In this document: positions 35,392 through 45,307 of the stretch, in pieces
Position numbering within the stretch: the first letter of the stretch is position 1
Layout: each line of letters begins with the position of its first letter
Notes under the pieces: model-generated
What the model saw: only the letters and a program-made list of their open reading frames with translations
The model's database searches: none
What the model was told of the DNA's origin: nothing
Assembly (NCBI GenBank): GCA_963713615.1
Contig: CAVQMM010000001.1
Location: 2,496,001 to 2,560,000, forward strand
Origin: an uncultured Chlamydiae bacterium
Lineage (GTDB): Bacteria > Chlamydiota > Chlamydiia > Chlamydiales > JAJFMA01
Reading direction: 5' to 3'
Length of the DNA: 64,000 bases
Translations under genes and position numbers: made by a program

Positions 35392-35444
35392 GCATCGCCA
35401 TGGATCAGATTCGGATTTAGAGCGTAGCAGCGGTTCGTGTCGTT

Positions 35445-35615
35445 TTTAGGAGTAACACGGATGCACACGGATTTAGGAGGATAGGACTTGAAAAAAAGAT
35501 TGAATAGCAAAGATCGCTCATCTCTTACCTAAAACCATTTTTATTGTTTTTAACGTAACGAACCACACTCCCATCCTATCCTCCTAAATCCGTGTGCATC
35601 CGTGTTACTCCTAAA
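35445..35615. repeat. Perfect 42-bp inverted repeat element between convergent pit and oppC
   Basis: 35445-35486 and 35574-35615 (TTTAGGAGTAACACGGATGCACACGGAT...); preceded by GTTCGTGTCGTTTTTAGGA as at 32349. Confidence 0.85.
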
Positions 35616-35630
35616 TCCTAAACGGTGGCT

Positions 35631-37256
35631 CTAGGTGTGTCGGTGGAGGCGGGGATCGATAGAATCGCGTAATGCATCCCCCACAAGGGCTATAGCGACT
35701 AGCAATGCTGTCAGCAGGATTGCTGGCGGCCAAAGAAGATAGCTTTCGCCGGGAAAGGCTCTGCGTCCTTCGTCCATGAGCACACCCCATGAGCAAGACC
35801 CCTCCTCTCCTAAACCTAGAAAGGATAGGCCTGCCTCGGTGCTTATAGCGCCCATCACTGCAAATGGCAAAAGGGTAAGTAACGGTGGAATAGCGTTGGG
35901 CAAAATATGCCGGTAGATGATGTAGGAGTCATCAAACCCTTGAGCCAAGCATGCCTCAACATAGGGAAGATTGCGCTGTTTAAAGAATTCCCCTCTGATG
36001 TAACGACTAAAACCCGTCCAACCAAAAAAGCCTATAATCGCAATGACCAAGAAGATAGATTTGCTTTGAGTCACCGCTACAACGAGCAAGAGCATAAAAA
36101 AGGTTGGCATAGCCTCCCAAATCTCTAATAATCGACATACGACGATGTCCAAGGTGCCTGCATAATAGCCTGCTAGACAGCCCACCGGAATCCCTATTAA
36201 GAGCCCCAACGCCACCGCACAGATGCCCACTACGATAGAGATCCGCACGCCAAAGACCAGAGCCGCGGAGAGGTCCTTGCGATCAGTACGCGTCAATTCC
36301 CACCATGGAACAAACTGATTGAGTGCTTGTGCACCGCCGGCATCGTCCTCCCAATGAAAGGGCCGAAATAATGGCATCACCATGACAGAGATCTTGGCGT
36401 TCTGATCTACCAACCAACGGTCGCGATCACGAAGATATTGAAGTTCCTCGTTAGCATGGTGGTCGTTGGGATCCGCCTTAAGGGCCGTGGTAAGACGCTC
36501 AATTTTATCGGCTTGGTTGTCCTTTTCAGCCTCCCACAGAGTCGGTAAAGCCGTTAAACGTCTGAGCACCTCTGGGCTAGTATCGGCCAGAATGGCTTTT
36601 TCCAGAGCTTTGTCGGATGGAATCTCTGAGGATGGGGTTCCGCTAACAAGAAGTTGATTTTTCTTATCACGCAGGGCCTCTTCAAGGTAACTATGGAGCG
36701 CCTGCTTGGCGTAGGCTTGCTGATAGGGCATCAGGCGTTGATTCTCTTCCTTTTCTAGTCGATAGCGAAGGAGCAGATTAAGCTTAGCATAGGCATTCAT
36801 GTGATCAAGCTCAAATTGCCAAGAGTGGCCTGATGTCGAAAGATCGTGCAAGCGAGCTTTGAGAAGGTCGGTATCAGCCGCCGGATCATGAGGTTCTCGA
36901 AAGGCAATGAAGAGAAATAGGACAGTATGAAGAACCAAGACCGCAGGGAGGGCTATACGACGCCAATAAGGACGAAGGTAGAGACAGGCAATGAAAAGGG
37001 GTAGAGTGAACATCAGAAGATTAAAAAATAGGTCCAGGCGTGTGGTAAAAAAGCCTCTATAGAATAGATAGCGGAACAGTGGAAAGAAAATTTGTCCATC
37101 ACAAACAACACACAATGGCTTACTCGACGCAATAAACGGAGCGTAAATTCCAACGATAACAAAACAGGCCAAGACGAATAAGGCGGCCATTCCCAAATGC
37201 CGACGGCCAAATTGCCTTGCAGTGGTACGCCAGAAGGAGTCATCGTTATCATTCAT
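35631..37256 (-). CDS. oppC: Oligopeptide ABC transporter permease with large extramembrane insert
   Basis: RHILPNA, EAGLSFLGLG and LVGDALRD motifs. Confidence 0.9.
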   Translation of the reverse strand: MNDNDDSFWRTTARQFGRRHLGMAALFVLACFVIVGIYAPFIASSKPLCVVCDGQIFFPLFRYLFYRGFFTTRLDLFFNLLMFTLPLFIACLYLRPYWRRIALPAVLVLHTVLFLFIAFREPHDPAADTDLLKARLHDLSTSGHSWQFELDHMNAYAKLNLLLRYRLEKEENQRLMPYQQAYAKQALHSYLEEALRDKKNQLLVSGTPSSEIPSDKALEKAILADTSPEVLRRLTALPTLWEAEKDNQADKIERLTTALKADPNDHHANEELQYLRDRDRWLVDQNAKISVMVMPLFRPFHWEDDAGGAQALNQFVPWWELTRTDRKDLSAALVFGVRISIVVGICAVALGLLIGIPVGCLAGYYAGTLDIVVCRLLEIWEAMPTFFMLLLVVAVTQSKSIFLVIAIIGFFGWTGFSRYIRGEFFKQRNLPYVEACLAQGFDDSYIIYRHILPNAIPPLLTLLPFAVMGAISTEAGLSFLGLGEEGSCSWGVLMDEGRRAFPGESYLLWPPAILLTALLVAIALVGDALRDSIDPRLHRHT

Positions 37257-37262
37257 TAAACA

Positions 37263-38764
37263 CTACTCCAAGGTCACGCGAGGATCTAAAAGGGTATAAG
37301 CCAAATCCGCCATGAGATACCCGACTAATGTCAGCAAAGACCCCGCCAAAGCTGAAAACATGATGACGTTATAGTCCCAATTCACAACGGCATCATAGAA
37401 GAATTTGCCAAAGCCGTTGATTTCGAAAAGTGTTTCGACAATCAAGGAGCCTCCTAGGATAACCCCCAGCGATCCCGCGATCGATGTCACGATGGTGACA
37501 GCAGCATTGCGCCCCACGTGTTTCTCCATGACTGCCAGCGGAGGAACGCCTTTAGCGCGGGCTGTCCTGACATAGTCTTGGCGTAGCACCTCTAGCACAG
37601 CAGTGCGTGACAGCCGAGTCTGCGCGGCCAATCCACCATAGGTAATAGCTACAACGGGCAGAAAAATATGTTGCAGGACATCCCAAAAGCGTTGCCAAGA
37701 GGTCATCTGGTTATAAATGACGTCCTTACTAGTAAAGCCGCTATAGGGGATGGGAATATCTGTGAAGGGAAAATGACCATTCAAAGCGACTTTTTCAATA
37801 AGAAAAGGGGCGACAACGAATACTGGCGTGGCGTAAAGAATGAGAAACACCACGTTAAAGCCGTAATCAGGCCACCTATTTTGCTGGCTCGCCATCAGGA
37901 AGCCGAACAGCAAGCACAAAACAAATGTGATTAACATGGGCAGGACGGAGAGAGTCAGAGAATATTTGAAACGCCGCGTGACCTCGCTAATAACCGTTTT
38001 GTTGTCATCATTACGCAGAGTGCCGAAATCGAGAGTCAATACTCTGGTCATGTAACGACAGAAACGCGTATCAACGATCAGCATACACCATTTTTGTAAG
38101 GTCGTTGGGTTAAATTCATAGATCACCTTATTGGCATCGTACCATTTGTGCATGGCAGTAACTTTCTCTTTCACTTGTGCCGAAGAATCTTCAGGCGCCA
38201 GCACCAATGAGCGTAATAAACCATTGTCCTTGTCAATTTTCTGGTTCATGACACGTTGCTCAGAAGTAATGGAGGGGCCGACAACAGCCTGCCGCGTGCC
38301 ACCGCGTGAGAAGAAGTGCGAGGCCATTTGTCTGATGGCGATGTCTTCGTGACTATCTTCCATGATGAATAAAAGGTGCTGCATGACAAAGCGCGCTTGG
38401 TCGCCCATGTACAGCCTGAGGGCATCGTAGTCTTTAACGCGCATCTCCTCGGTATCTGAAGGGTTGTAGCGATGGTGAACTAGCTCCCATAGTGTTTGAT
38501 GCACTTCTTGCCGGGTCGTCCAGGGCCAGGTGTTAAGGATAATGGGTAAGGTCAGACCAAAATGCTCACGCATTTGCAGATAGCGTTCATCAGAACCAAA
38601 AGCCATGCTACGGTCAGCTCGACGAGCCGCTTCCCCCCGGCGGAAACTTCAGTAATCGTCGTGGGCTCACCTGGCGCAAGATTGATGATTACAAAGTTTA
38701 CCAAGACAATACCAAACAACGTCAAAGGCAGTAGTAGCAGACGTCGGATGATATAGTTCAGCAT
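37263..38764 (-). pseudogene. oppB: Oligopeptide ABC permease split by a 1-nt frameshift at a G6 run (pseudogene, phase variant or sequencing error)
   Basis: N-terminus MLNYIIRRLLL...APGEP (38552-38764) and the remainder with DYVRTARAKG/DPRV (37263-38606) are in different frames; one extra G at 38633-38638 joins them. Confidence 0.8.
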
Positions 38765-38770
38765 GGTACC

Positions 38771-40891
38771 CTAATGTTTCAGCCAAAAGACATTTGCCTG
38801 CGGCTGAGCGACATCAGCTCCAGGAACAAGATCTTTGCGATCGGTAGGAAGAAAAACATTCTGAACATAGTCTCGGTAGATGAATATGGCTTTGGGTGTA
38901 TACATGAACGTATAAGGCGCTTCCTGGTGCATGATAGCATCAAAACGATGGTAGAGATCGATGCGTTTCTCTGGGCCGTATTCGTACTGAAGGGTGTCAA
39001 TAATCTTGTCTACTTCGCGATTAGCAAATCCAATGGAATTCGATGATCCTTTTTCATGAGCTCCAGAAGAGTACCACAGCTGCTTGGGTTCTTCTGGGGG
39101 TGATCCCTGCTCCCACGCCAGAAAGATAGCATCAAAGCTTTTGTCATCAAAGGCAGCGCTGAGGTCTGCGACATCGACACCATGAAGGTCGCAAACAATT
39201 CCCACCTCTTTTACCGCCTGAGCGATGTATTCACTAATGGCCTTCGCTGTGGGGCTCTTGACATAGTAGGTCAGAGTGAAACGAAAAGGCACAGACTTTC
39301 CATCAACAGTTTTATCGATAACACCAGTACCTTTGGTGTCATTCCAGCCCTCCTCGCTTAGCAGGCGACGCGCCTCCTCAGGGTCATAGGGCCATGGAGT
39401 GATGCTTGCATCGTAGTCCTTGGAATACCTGTAGAAGGGTCCATTGATTTCAACACCTTGCCCATTCAGATACTGCTTAATGATACGGTTGCGGTCGATG
39501 GCCATGGTGAGGGCTCTGCGCACCTTGGCGCTCTGAAACTGTACCTTAGCTTCATTCCAACCAATATAGGAAAAACTCCGGTCGACAAAGTCCAATCTCT
39601 TAACAGCCATCCCTTGTTGGGCCGCTTGCTGTTTGTAGGTGGGCGATTCTAAAAACTGTTGATATTCTAGAAGTTCGTCAGGTCTTAAATCATAGGAATC
39701 TAATTTGCCAGCCTTGAACTCTTGCCAAACAGCCTCTGGCGTTTCCTTAAACTGCACTTCCATGCCTTCTGATAAGGCTGCATAAGGTAAATAGTATTCA
39801 GGGTTGCGTCTGAAGGAGATCTCCCGTTCCGTCATGCCAGTAAAAATCCAAGGACCGCAGCTTACGATGATGTTGCGAGCCCAGTGATCGTTGAAATTCT
39901 GCGCCCAGGCCGAATTCTTCCTGTATGTTTCAGGGTCTTTATCGTCTGTGACAATTTTTGTGCCGTCAGCAAAATATTGGTAGACAAAAGAGGCCAAGGG
40001 AGTGAGGTTGCCGGTCCAGGACTTGGCGATGTACTTGATTTTGTTCTCTACCTTGCCGCCGGCTGATGTGACCTTATCCGTTTTCCAACGCACAACGAAG
40101 GTCAGTTTATCGATTACACGGAATTCCTCGATGTCGCCAAGGTAGTTGCGTAAAGATACAGCTCCGGGTTGCTGTACCCAAGGGTTCATCACCGCGTCGA
40201 AGTAGAACTTGAAGTCATCAGCGATCACCTGATGTTTCTTTTGAAAATGTGGTGCTAGCTTGATGTCTGGGGGGAGGAGGGCTGGGTCGAGAGGTTGCCA
40301 AAAGACGTTATCCCGCAAATGCACCCAAAGCTCTGATCGACCTTGACTATCTTTACGTTCCTCAAGCTTTAAGGCCATGTCAGGAGCCATCGTTTCATAA
40401 ATACCAAAGTGCATCGTGGAAACCGCAACACTGCACTGACCTACCCACGTGGCGACATTGCTCCAATTACTGAATGGATGCAGATTATTGGGAACACCAA
40501 CGGTGGCGGCACGACGAATACCAGTGGGTTTAAAATTAGGACCCAACATCTTAGGTAAAGTGACTTGGTAGAAGGGATCGGACGTTAGCAAGTTCGGATA
40601 GGCGTCTTCAGTCTGTGCTGCTATATCCTTAGGCTGTGTTTGAAGTGCTTGGCCATTGTTGACCTGATGAGACTGCTGCTGCACAAGGGTGCTCAGAACA
40701 TCATCGCGAATCTTCTCTGTGTCAGCACGCAGTTGAGTGATGTCATTGTGCAATTCTGTCAGAGATGAGCGTACTTCCTGGATATCTTCTTCGATCAGGA
40801 CAGATGACCAGTAAAGCATAGCCATAAAAGCGAATAAACCTAAGGCAAGAACGTAGCGAAGAATGTATAAGCCGATGGGCTCCTTGTTCAT
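38771..40891 (-). CDS. oppA: Oligopeptide ABC transporter substrate-binding protein
   Basis: Family-5 SBP motifs (GPW, VRRALTMAIDR, YDPEEARRLL); N-terminal TM plus coiled coil. Confidence 0.9.
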   Translation of the reverse strand: MNKEPIGLYILRYVLALGLFAFMAMLYWSSVLIEEDIQEVRSSLTELHNDITQLRADTEKIRDDVLSTLVQQQSHQVNNGQALQTQPKDIAAQTEDAYPNLLTSDPFYQVTLPKMLGPNFKPTGIRRAATVGVPNNLHPFSNWSNVATWVGQCSVAVSTMHFGIYETMAPDMALKLEERKDSQGRSELWVHLRDNVFWQPLDPALLPPDIKLAPHFQKKHQVIADDFKFYFDAVMNPWVQQPGAVSLRNYLGDIEEFRVIDKLTFVVRWKTDKVTSAGGKVENKIKYIAKSWTGNLTPLASFVYQYFADGTKIVTDDKDPETYRKNSAWAQNFNDHWARNIIVSCGPWIFTGMTEREISFRRNPEYYLPYAALSEGMEVQFKETPEAVWQEFKAGKLDSYDLRPDELLEYQQFLESPTYKQQAAQQGMAVKRLDFVDRSFSYIGWNEAKVQFQSAKVRRALTMAIDRNRIIKQYLNGQGVEINGPFYRYSKDYDASITPWPYDPEEARRLLSEEGWNDTKGTGVIDKTVDGKSVPFRFTLTYYVKSPTAKAISEYIAQAVKEVGIVCDLHGVDVADLSAAFDDKSFDAIFLAWEQGSPPEEPKQLWYSSGAHEKGSSNSIGFANREVDKIIDTLQYEYGPEKRIDLYHRFDAIMHQEAPYTFMYTPKAIFIYRDYVQNVFLPTDRKDLVPGADVAQPQANVFWLKH

Positions 40892-40986
40892 GAAAACCTC
40901 GTCATACTTAAATTTTCAATGTAAGGAAATGCCCCTCTTTTGGAAAGAAAAATGGACGAGCCCAGATTGAGACGAAAATGGGATCT

Positions 40987-41250
40987 GGGGGCGCTCATAC
41001 CGCAATGCACACAGGGGCTAATACGGCGCGCTAAAATGGACCTTAACAGGAGATGCAGACGTACACATCAACCTAACAAGAAAACAGATTTTGCATCCCA
41101 TTAATTTTTTTAAAATAGGGTTAACCCTATGATTCTGAAGATGATAAGGAATGATCCTACCTATCCTGCCGCGCAGCGATCCTGTATATCCTGTAAAAGT
41201 CCATTTTGGCACAGCATATTAGCCCGGCGTGCATCCCGGTATGAGCCCCC
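40987..41250. repeat. Imperfect long inverted-repeat element upstream of oppA
   Basis: GCTCATACCG..ATGCAC..GGGCTAATA..AAAATGGAC arm mirrored by GTCCATTTT..TATTAGCCC..GTGCAT..CGGTATGAGC. Confidence 0.65.
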
Positions 41251-41315
41251 ATCACCACCCCCAGTTCTTCACGGCTTTAGGCTGCATCTAGCTTCTCAAA
41301 GGACACGCTCATTGC

Positions 41316-41618
41316 GCTTTTTTAGGATTTTTACCGCCGAGACACCGAGATAGGAGAGAGAGAGGATTAGAAGAGAATGTGCCGTTTGTGTGTCTTTGGG
41401 CAAAATTCTGCCCAAGGACACACAAACCGCACAGGTACTCAATCTAACTTTTTTGAGGACCTGTTCATTTACTACCGACTGTGGACAAAGTCCTGTCTAA
41501 GGGCACTACAGAATCGTATTCCTGCGGGAACCCTTAGACTGGATTTTGTCCAGAGTCGGTAGTAAATGAACATTCTCTCCTCTCTTTCCTATCTCGGCGG
41601 TGAAAATCCTAAAAAAGC
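41316..41618. repeat. Composite palindromic element (CCGCCGAG family) with two inner TGT...ACA modules
   Basis: Outer arms GCTTTTTTAGGATTTTTACCGCCGAGA / TCTCGGCGGTGAAAATCCTAAAAAAGC; inner palindromes at 41378-41433 and 41462-41572. Confidence 0.78.
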
Positions 41619-41652
41619 CCCACGAACTTCTACGCGTGAGTGGTATAACTCA

Positions 41653-41812
41653 GGCCTTGTTCACCTTTACGGTCAGAATTTCGGTCGGACGAAAAAGGTC
41701 GGATGTCGTGGTTTGTGACGAGGGCATAGCGCCAGCTATGTCCGAGGAGCAAAACGCGACAGACGATCCTTTTGCAGTCGACCGAAAACTGACCGCAAAG
41801 GTGAATAAGGCC
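41653..41812. mobile_element. 160-bp MITE family A, copy 2
   Basis: Identical to 4256-4415; 8-bp duplication ATAACTCA at 41645-41652 and 41813-41820. Confidence 0.92.
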
Positions 41813-41817
41813 ATAAC

Positions 41818-42510
41818 TCAAAAAAGAGCAATATGGTAACGGGGATCGGCGGTGGGATTAAAGACAAGATGCGAGATGATTTGGAGCTCGGCCATGCCTC
41901 GACAAAGGGCTACTATACCTACGATAATGCCTGCAACACCCAATAATGTGTTGTAATAAGGCCGAAGCCTTATCAACCACTGCGTCGCATGCATTGCTAG
42001 GATGAGCGAAGGCGATGTTAGCAACGCAAAAGCGGCTCCATTGAATAGGCCTACCCATGGATCGCCCTCTAGAGCACATGCCGAGTATACGATTACAGTC
42101 TGACCACAAGGCAACAAAATGGTAGCCAGCCCGAAGAGGAATGTGGGCCAAGCTTTGTCCTTCAACATCAGCAAAGCGATGGTGTTGTTAAAACGCGACA
42201 TCAGCCTAGACAGCCAGGGCAATTGCAATCGACGCCATCCCAAAAGGCTGGATAATCCTACAAACAAAATGATGGCGCCGAAGATAAAACTCGTCATAGC
42301 AGCAACATGAAAGCGATTCAGGACAGCGTGCAAGACGGCTCCAAAAAAGCCGGCTACGCCCCCTGCAATAGCGAAAGATAGCAACCGCCCACCAAAATAC
42401 CACCAGCGGAAGCGATGATGAGCAATCATGGCGACTAGAGGGCCACACATGCCAAGGCAGTGCAGATTTCCGAATAGATAGAGTGGTAGCATGGTTAGAA
42501 ATAAGGACAT
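41818..42510 (-). CDS. DsbD_2/TauE-like membrane protein (heavy-metal or cytochrome biogenesis type)
   Basis: HCLGMCGP and LLPCG motifs; multiple TM segments; start moved to MSLFLTML. Confidence 0.8.
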   Translation of the reverse strand: MSLFLTMLPLYLFGNLHCLGMCGPLVAMIAHHRFRWWYFGGRLLSFAIAGGVAGFFGAVLHAVLNRFHVAAMTSFIFGAIILFVGLSSLLGWRRLQLPWLSRLMSRFNNTIALLMLKDKAWPTFLFGLATILLPCGQTVIVYSACALEGDPWVGLFNGAAFALLTSPSLILAMHATQWLIRLRPYYNTLLGVAGIIVGIVALCRGMAELQIISHLVFNPTADPRYHIALF

Positions 42511-42514
42511 AGGG

Positions 42515-42700
42515 TCAATGCCCGCCTTGTACTTGTATTGAGTTACGTAAGTGGTGAATTTGGGCAGCATCGATTCCTGAAGAACCGCTGTTGTGTGTCT
42601 TTGCAATGTAAATGAGCGCTACACCAAAGAGACACCCACAAACGACCACAACCACCAACAGGTAGGGCGAAGCAGTCACTCGCAATAACCAATCAAACAT
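42515..42700 (-). CDS. Small single-TM membrane protein (61 aa)
   Basis: GGAGG upstream of ATG 42700; hydrophobic YLLVVVVVCGCLFGVALIYI; ends 4 nt before the DsbD_2 gene. Confidence 0.55.
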   Translation of the reverse strand: MFDWLLRVTASPYLLVVVVVCGCLFGVALIYIAKTHNSGSSGIDAAQIHHLRNSIQVQGGH

Positions 42701-42838
42701 AGGCAGACCTCCAGCAGTAATAAGCACTGTAACGTAATACTGCAAATTTTAGGAACCTATTTAATGCAATATGAAAGCAGTGACAAAAATCGATGAATTG
42801 CCTTATAAGTTATAAATTATAACTAATTTTGGTACGAT

Positions 42839-45265
42839 ATGCAAAGTTCACAAAGCATACAAAAAGAAGTCTTAACTAATTATTTGAATGTTGCAGGTTT
42901 TGACGTAAAAGTTACAACCACGCATTTCAATGGCCTTCCCAAAGATAGCGTCTATCTAGATAAAATTCTTAACATCATTGCCCGTCTGACTAATCAATTC
43001 GGAGATGGTATTGCCAAAATAAATTTTAATGGGGACGTGATCAGTTATTTTAATAAAAATTCACACGACAACTACGTGAACAACGGTTTATATGAACTGA
43101 GTGATGTTTATCCATTTTCCTGTGATTTTTTATTTTCTACCTATACCGATCTAGACAGTTTATCTAATAGTCAAATTTCAGATTGCCCGCTATTAGCTGA
43201 TGTCTTTGAGATACTGCGATGTGATGAACACTCCTCAAAAGTCACCCTAGAAACTTTACATTATTTTATTGCATCCTTTAAAAAACAGAGTGATAATTTA
43301 AAATTAAAACTAATTAACGTATTGAAAATCCTAGCCGAACGGGATGCTCTTGAGTGGATGGCTTGTCTATCTCTTATGCTTGATCTGGGAATCCTGCACG
43401 AAAATGATCGTTGGAATCTCCGCAGTTGGTCAATGCTAGCTGATTTGCAAGACATAAGCCAACTCATCGACAATCTATCGAGGATTGACGTTAATGCAAA
43501 AGATTGCCAGGGCTACACTCTGCTAATGAGTTCGATTGCTAAAGAAAATACTCAACTTGCTCTGCGTCTATTAGATATTTCGAATATTCATGCTAGACAT
43601 GGTAACCTGTTTGCTTTGCATATAGCTTGCCTTGTGGAGAACATCGAAATCGTCGAGGCACTTCTAGCAAAAGGAGGTATAGGGGTTAATGATCTTAAAC
43701 AATGCCTGGTGACAGCCATATTGAACGGAAGGGTGGATATTGTAAAAAAGATCCTAGCAACGGATCAAATTGAAGATCTCAGCCAACCCATAGATGGCGA
43801 AACGCCAATTAAATTAGCTGTTGATTGTGGATATGTGGAGATAATTAGGGTGCTGGTCGCCAATCCATCAGTAAGAAACAAAATAGATGAAAAATTCATT
43901 CGCCATTCTATTAGCAAAAAAAACGCCCTTATTCTCAAAGAAATACATTCAGTTTTCCCTATAGAAAAAGATCTCTTCGTTGAGAGTCTTTTGAATAATC
44001 CCACTCTAATAGCCTCTCCACTTATAGGGTTTTTAAAATCTTTTTTCCCAAATGTCTATAAAAACTGGAATCGTGATTACCCAAACTCACCTTTGGATCT
44101 TGGATTACTCTTCAGCGAGATTCTGACCAATCCACGTCTCATCGCAAGCGACTACACAACCAATTTAAAAGACTTTTTTTACGAAGACTATGACAGATGG
44201 ATTGTCGACCACCCGCAACTACAGATTGCACGCCTGATTTACGAAGAGGAAATGATTAAAGCTAATGAAGTATTTAATAGTTACCTAGCAAGCAGCAATG
44301 TTAAACTAGATTTTTTGATTCGAACCGATATCAGACCTTTGATTATTAAAAATTCACAGGCGATTATTAAATGGTTGTCATCTCAAGACTTTGACAGCTT
44401 ATCTGTTACACAACTTCAAATCCTATTAGGGGTCTTGCATCCCGCCTATCATCAATATCTATCGTCTACTGGTGGCCTTGCTCCAAAGGGGCTTAACATC
44501 ATCACTTCCTATTTGAGCGCTAAGCCAGAGCCCTCCCTCCCAGAAGAGAGCGTCTCAGTTTGCCCGGATCAGTTGTCTTTTGGAGCAAAACTGCAGGAAC
44601 TATCTGAAAATCCGCATATCAAGACTGGGTATAGCCATTATTTTTACGTAGCCGATATTGAGAAACATCAACCAGGTGTAGCTTGGAATTTCACCACGCA
44701 TTTCACTCCGCTCTATTTTCACAAGCTGGACGACGGCTGGCATATTGTGATCACAGACAGCAAAGGCGTAAATGAGCATACCGACAATTTAATGGCTACA
44801 ATCGACATCGCTAAGAAAACGCTTAAAAATTTTGATGTGAGTCATTGTTATCTGAGCACACTAAAACGACAGCGGGCTAAGGTTAGTGCAGGTTGTGACA
44901 CATTTTGCACAATTGACCTGTCCTATTTTTACCGACATGGCGTTAGTTTTTTGAATAAATTAAAGGATTTAAATCAATATAATCAAACTAAGTTTAATTT
45001 TACATATCTGCCGCCTGAATTGATGAAGACGACTCAGAGCATTAGTGAAATCAATAAGTATTTACTAAAGTATCCTGACTCCTCTATGGAAAGAAGGAAA
45101 GAAAAAGGTAGGGAAACTCTGGCAGCTAACCTTGAGCGTCATTCCGTGAAAAATGAAGAGGGAAAACTCCAGAATGCTCTAGTGGAACAACGTTTAGTCA
45201 AATTCCATAGGATGATCCTTAAGGTCCTCTTGGATGAGTTGAGTGTAGGCCCTAGCCCTTCGTAG
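42839..45265 (+). CDS. Ankyrin-repeat protein with C-terminal YopJ/CE-clan-like domain
   Basis: Ankyrin repeats (GYTLLM, ALHIAC, GETPIKLA); HFTP...ITDS...RQ....GC, LPPELMKTTQS and ETL motifs; AT-rich. Confidence 0.75.
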   Translation: MQSSQSIQKEVLTNYLNVAGFDVKVTTTHFNGLPKDSVYLDKILNIIARLTNQFGDGIAKINFNGDVISYFNKNSHDNYVNNGLYELSDVYPFSCDFLFSTYTDLDSLSNSQISDCPLLADVFEILRCDEHSSKVTLETLHYFIASFKKQSDNLKLKLINVLKILAERDALEWMACLSLMLDLGILHENDRWNLRSWSMLADLQDISQLIDNLSRIDVNAKDCQGYTLLMSSIAKENTQLALRLLDISNIHARHGNLFALHIACLVENIEIVEALLAKGGIGVNDLKQCLVTAILNGRVDIVKKILATDQIEDLSQPIDGETPIKLAVDCGYVEIIRVLVANPSVRNKIDEKFIRHSISKKNALILKEIHSVFPIEKDLFVESLLNNPTLIASPLIGFLKSFFPNVYKNWNRDYPNSPLDLGLLFSEILTNPRLIASDYTTNLKDFFYEDYDRWIVDHPQLQIARLIYEEEMIKANEVFNSYLASSNVKLDFLIRTDIRPLIIKNSQAIIKWLSSQDFDSLSVTQLQILLGVLHPAYHQYLSSTGGLAPKGLNIITSYLSAKPEPSLPEESVSVCPDQLSFGAKLQELSENPHIKTGYSHYFYVADIEKHQPGVAWNFTTHFTPLYFHKLDDGWHIVITDSKGVNEHTDNLMATIDIAKKTLKNFDVSHCYLSTLKRQRAKVSAGCDTFCTIDLSYFYRHGVSFLNKLKDLNQYNQTKFNFTYLPPELMKTTQSISEINKYLLKYPDSSMERRKEKGRETLAANLERHSVKNEEGKLQNALVEQRLVKFHRMILKVLLDELSVGPSPS

Positions 45266-45307
45266 GAGACGTATGCGTGTAGGATTTTCGACCACACAAG
45301 AAGTGAC

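Noticed and set aside
38620..38650. Programmed -1 ribosomal frameshift in oppB
   Set aside because: No in-frame X-XXY-YYZ heptamer and no precedent known to me; an indel is simpler
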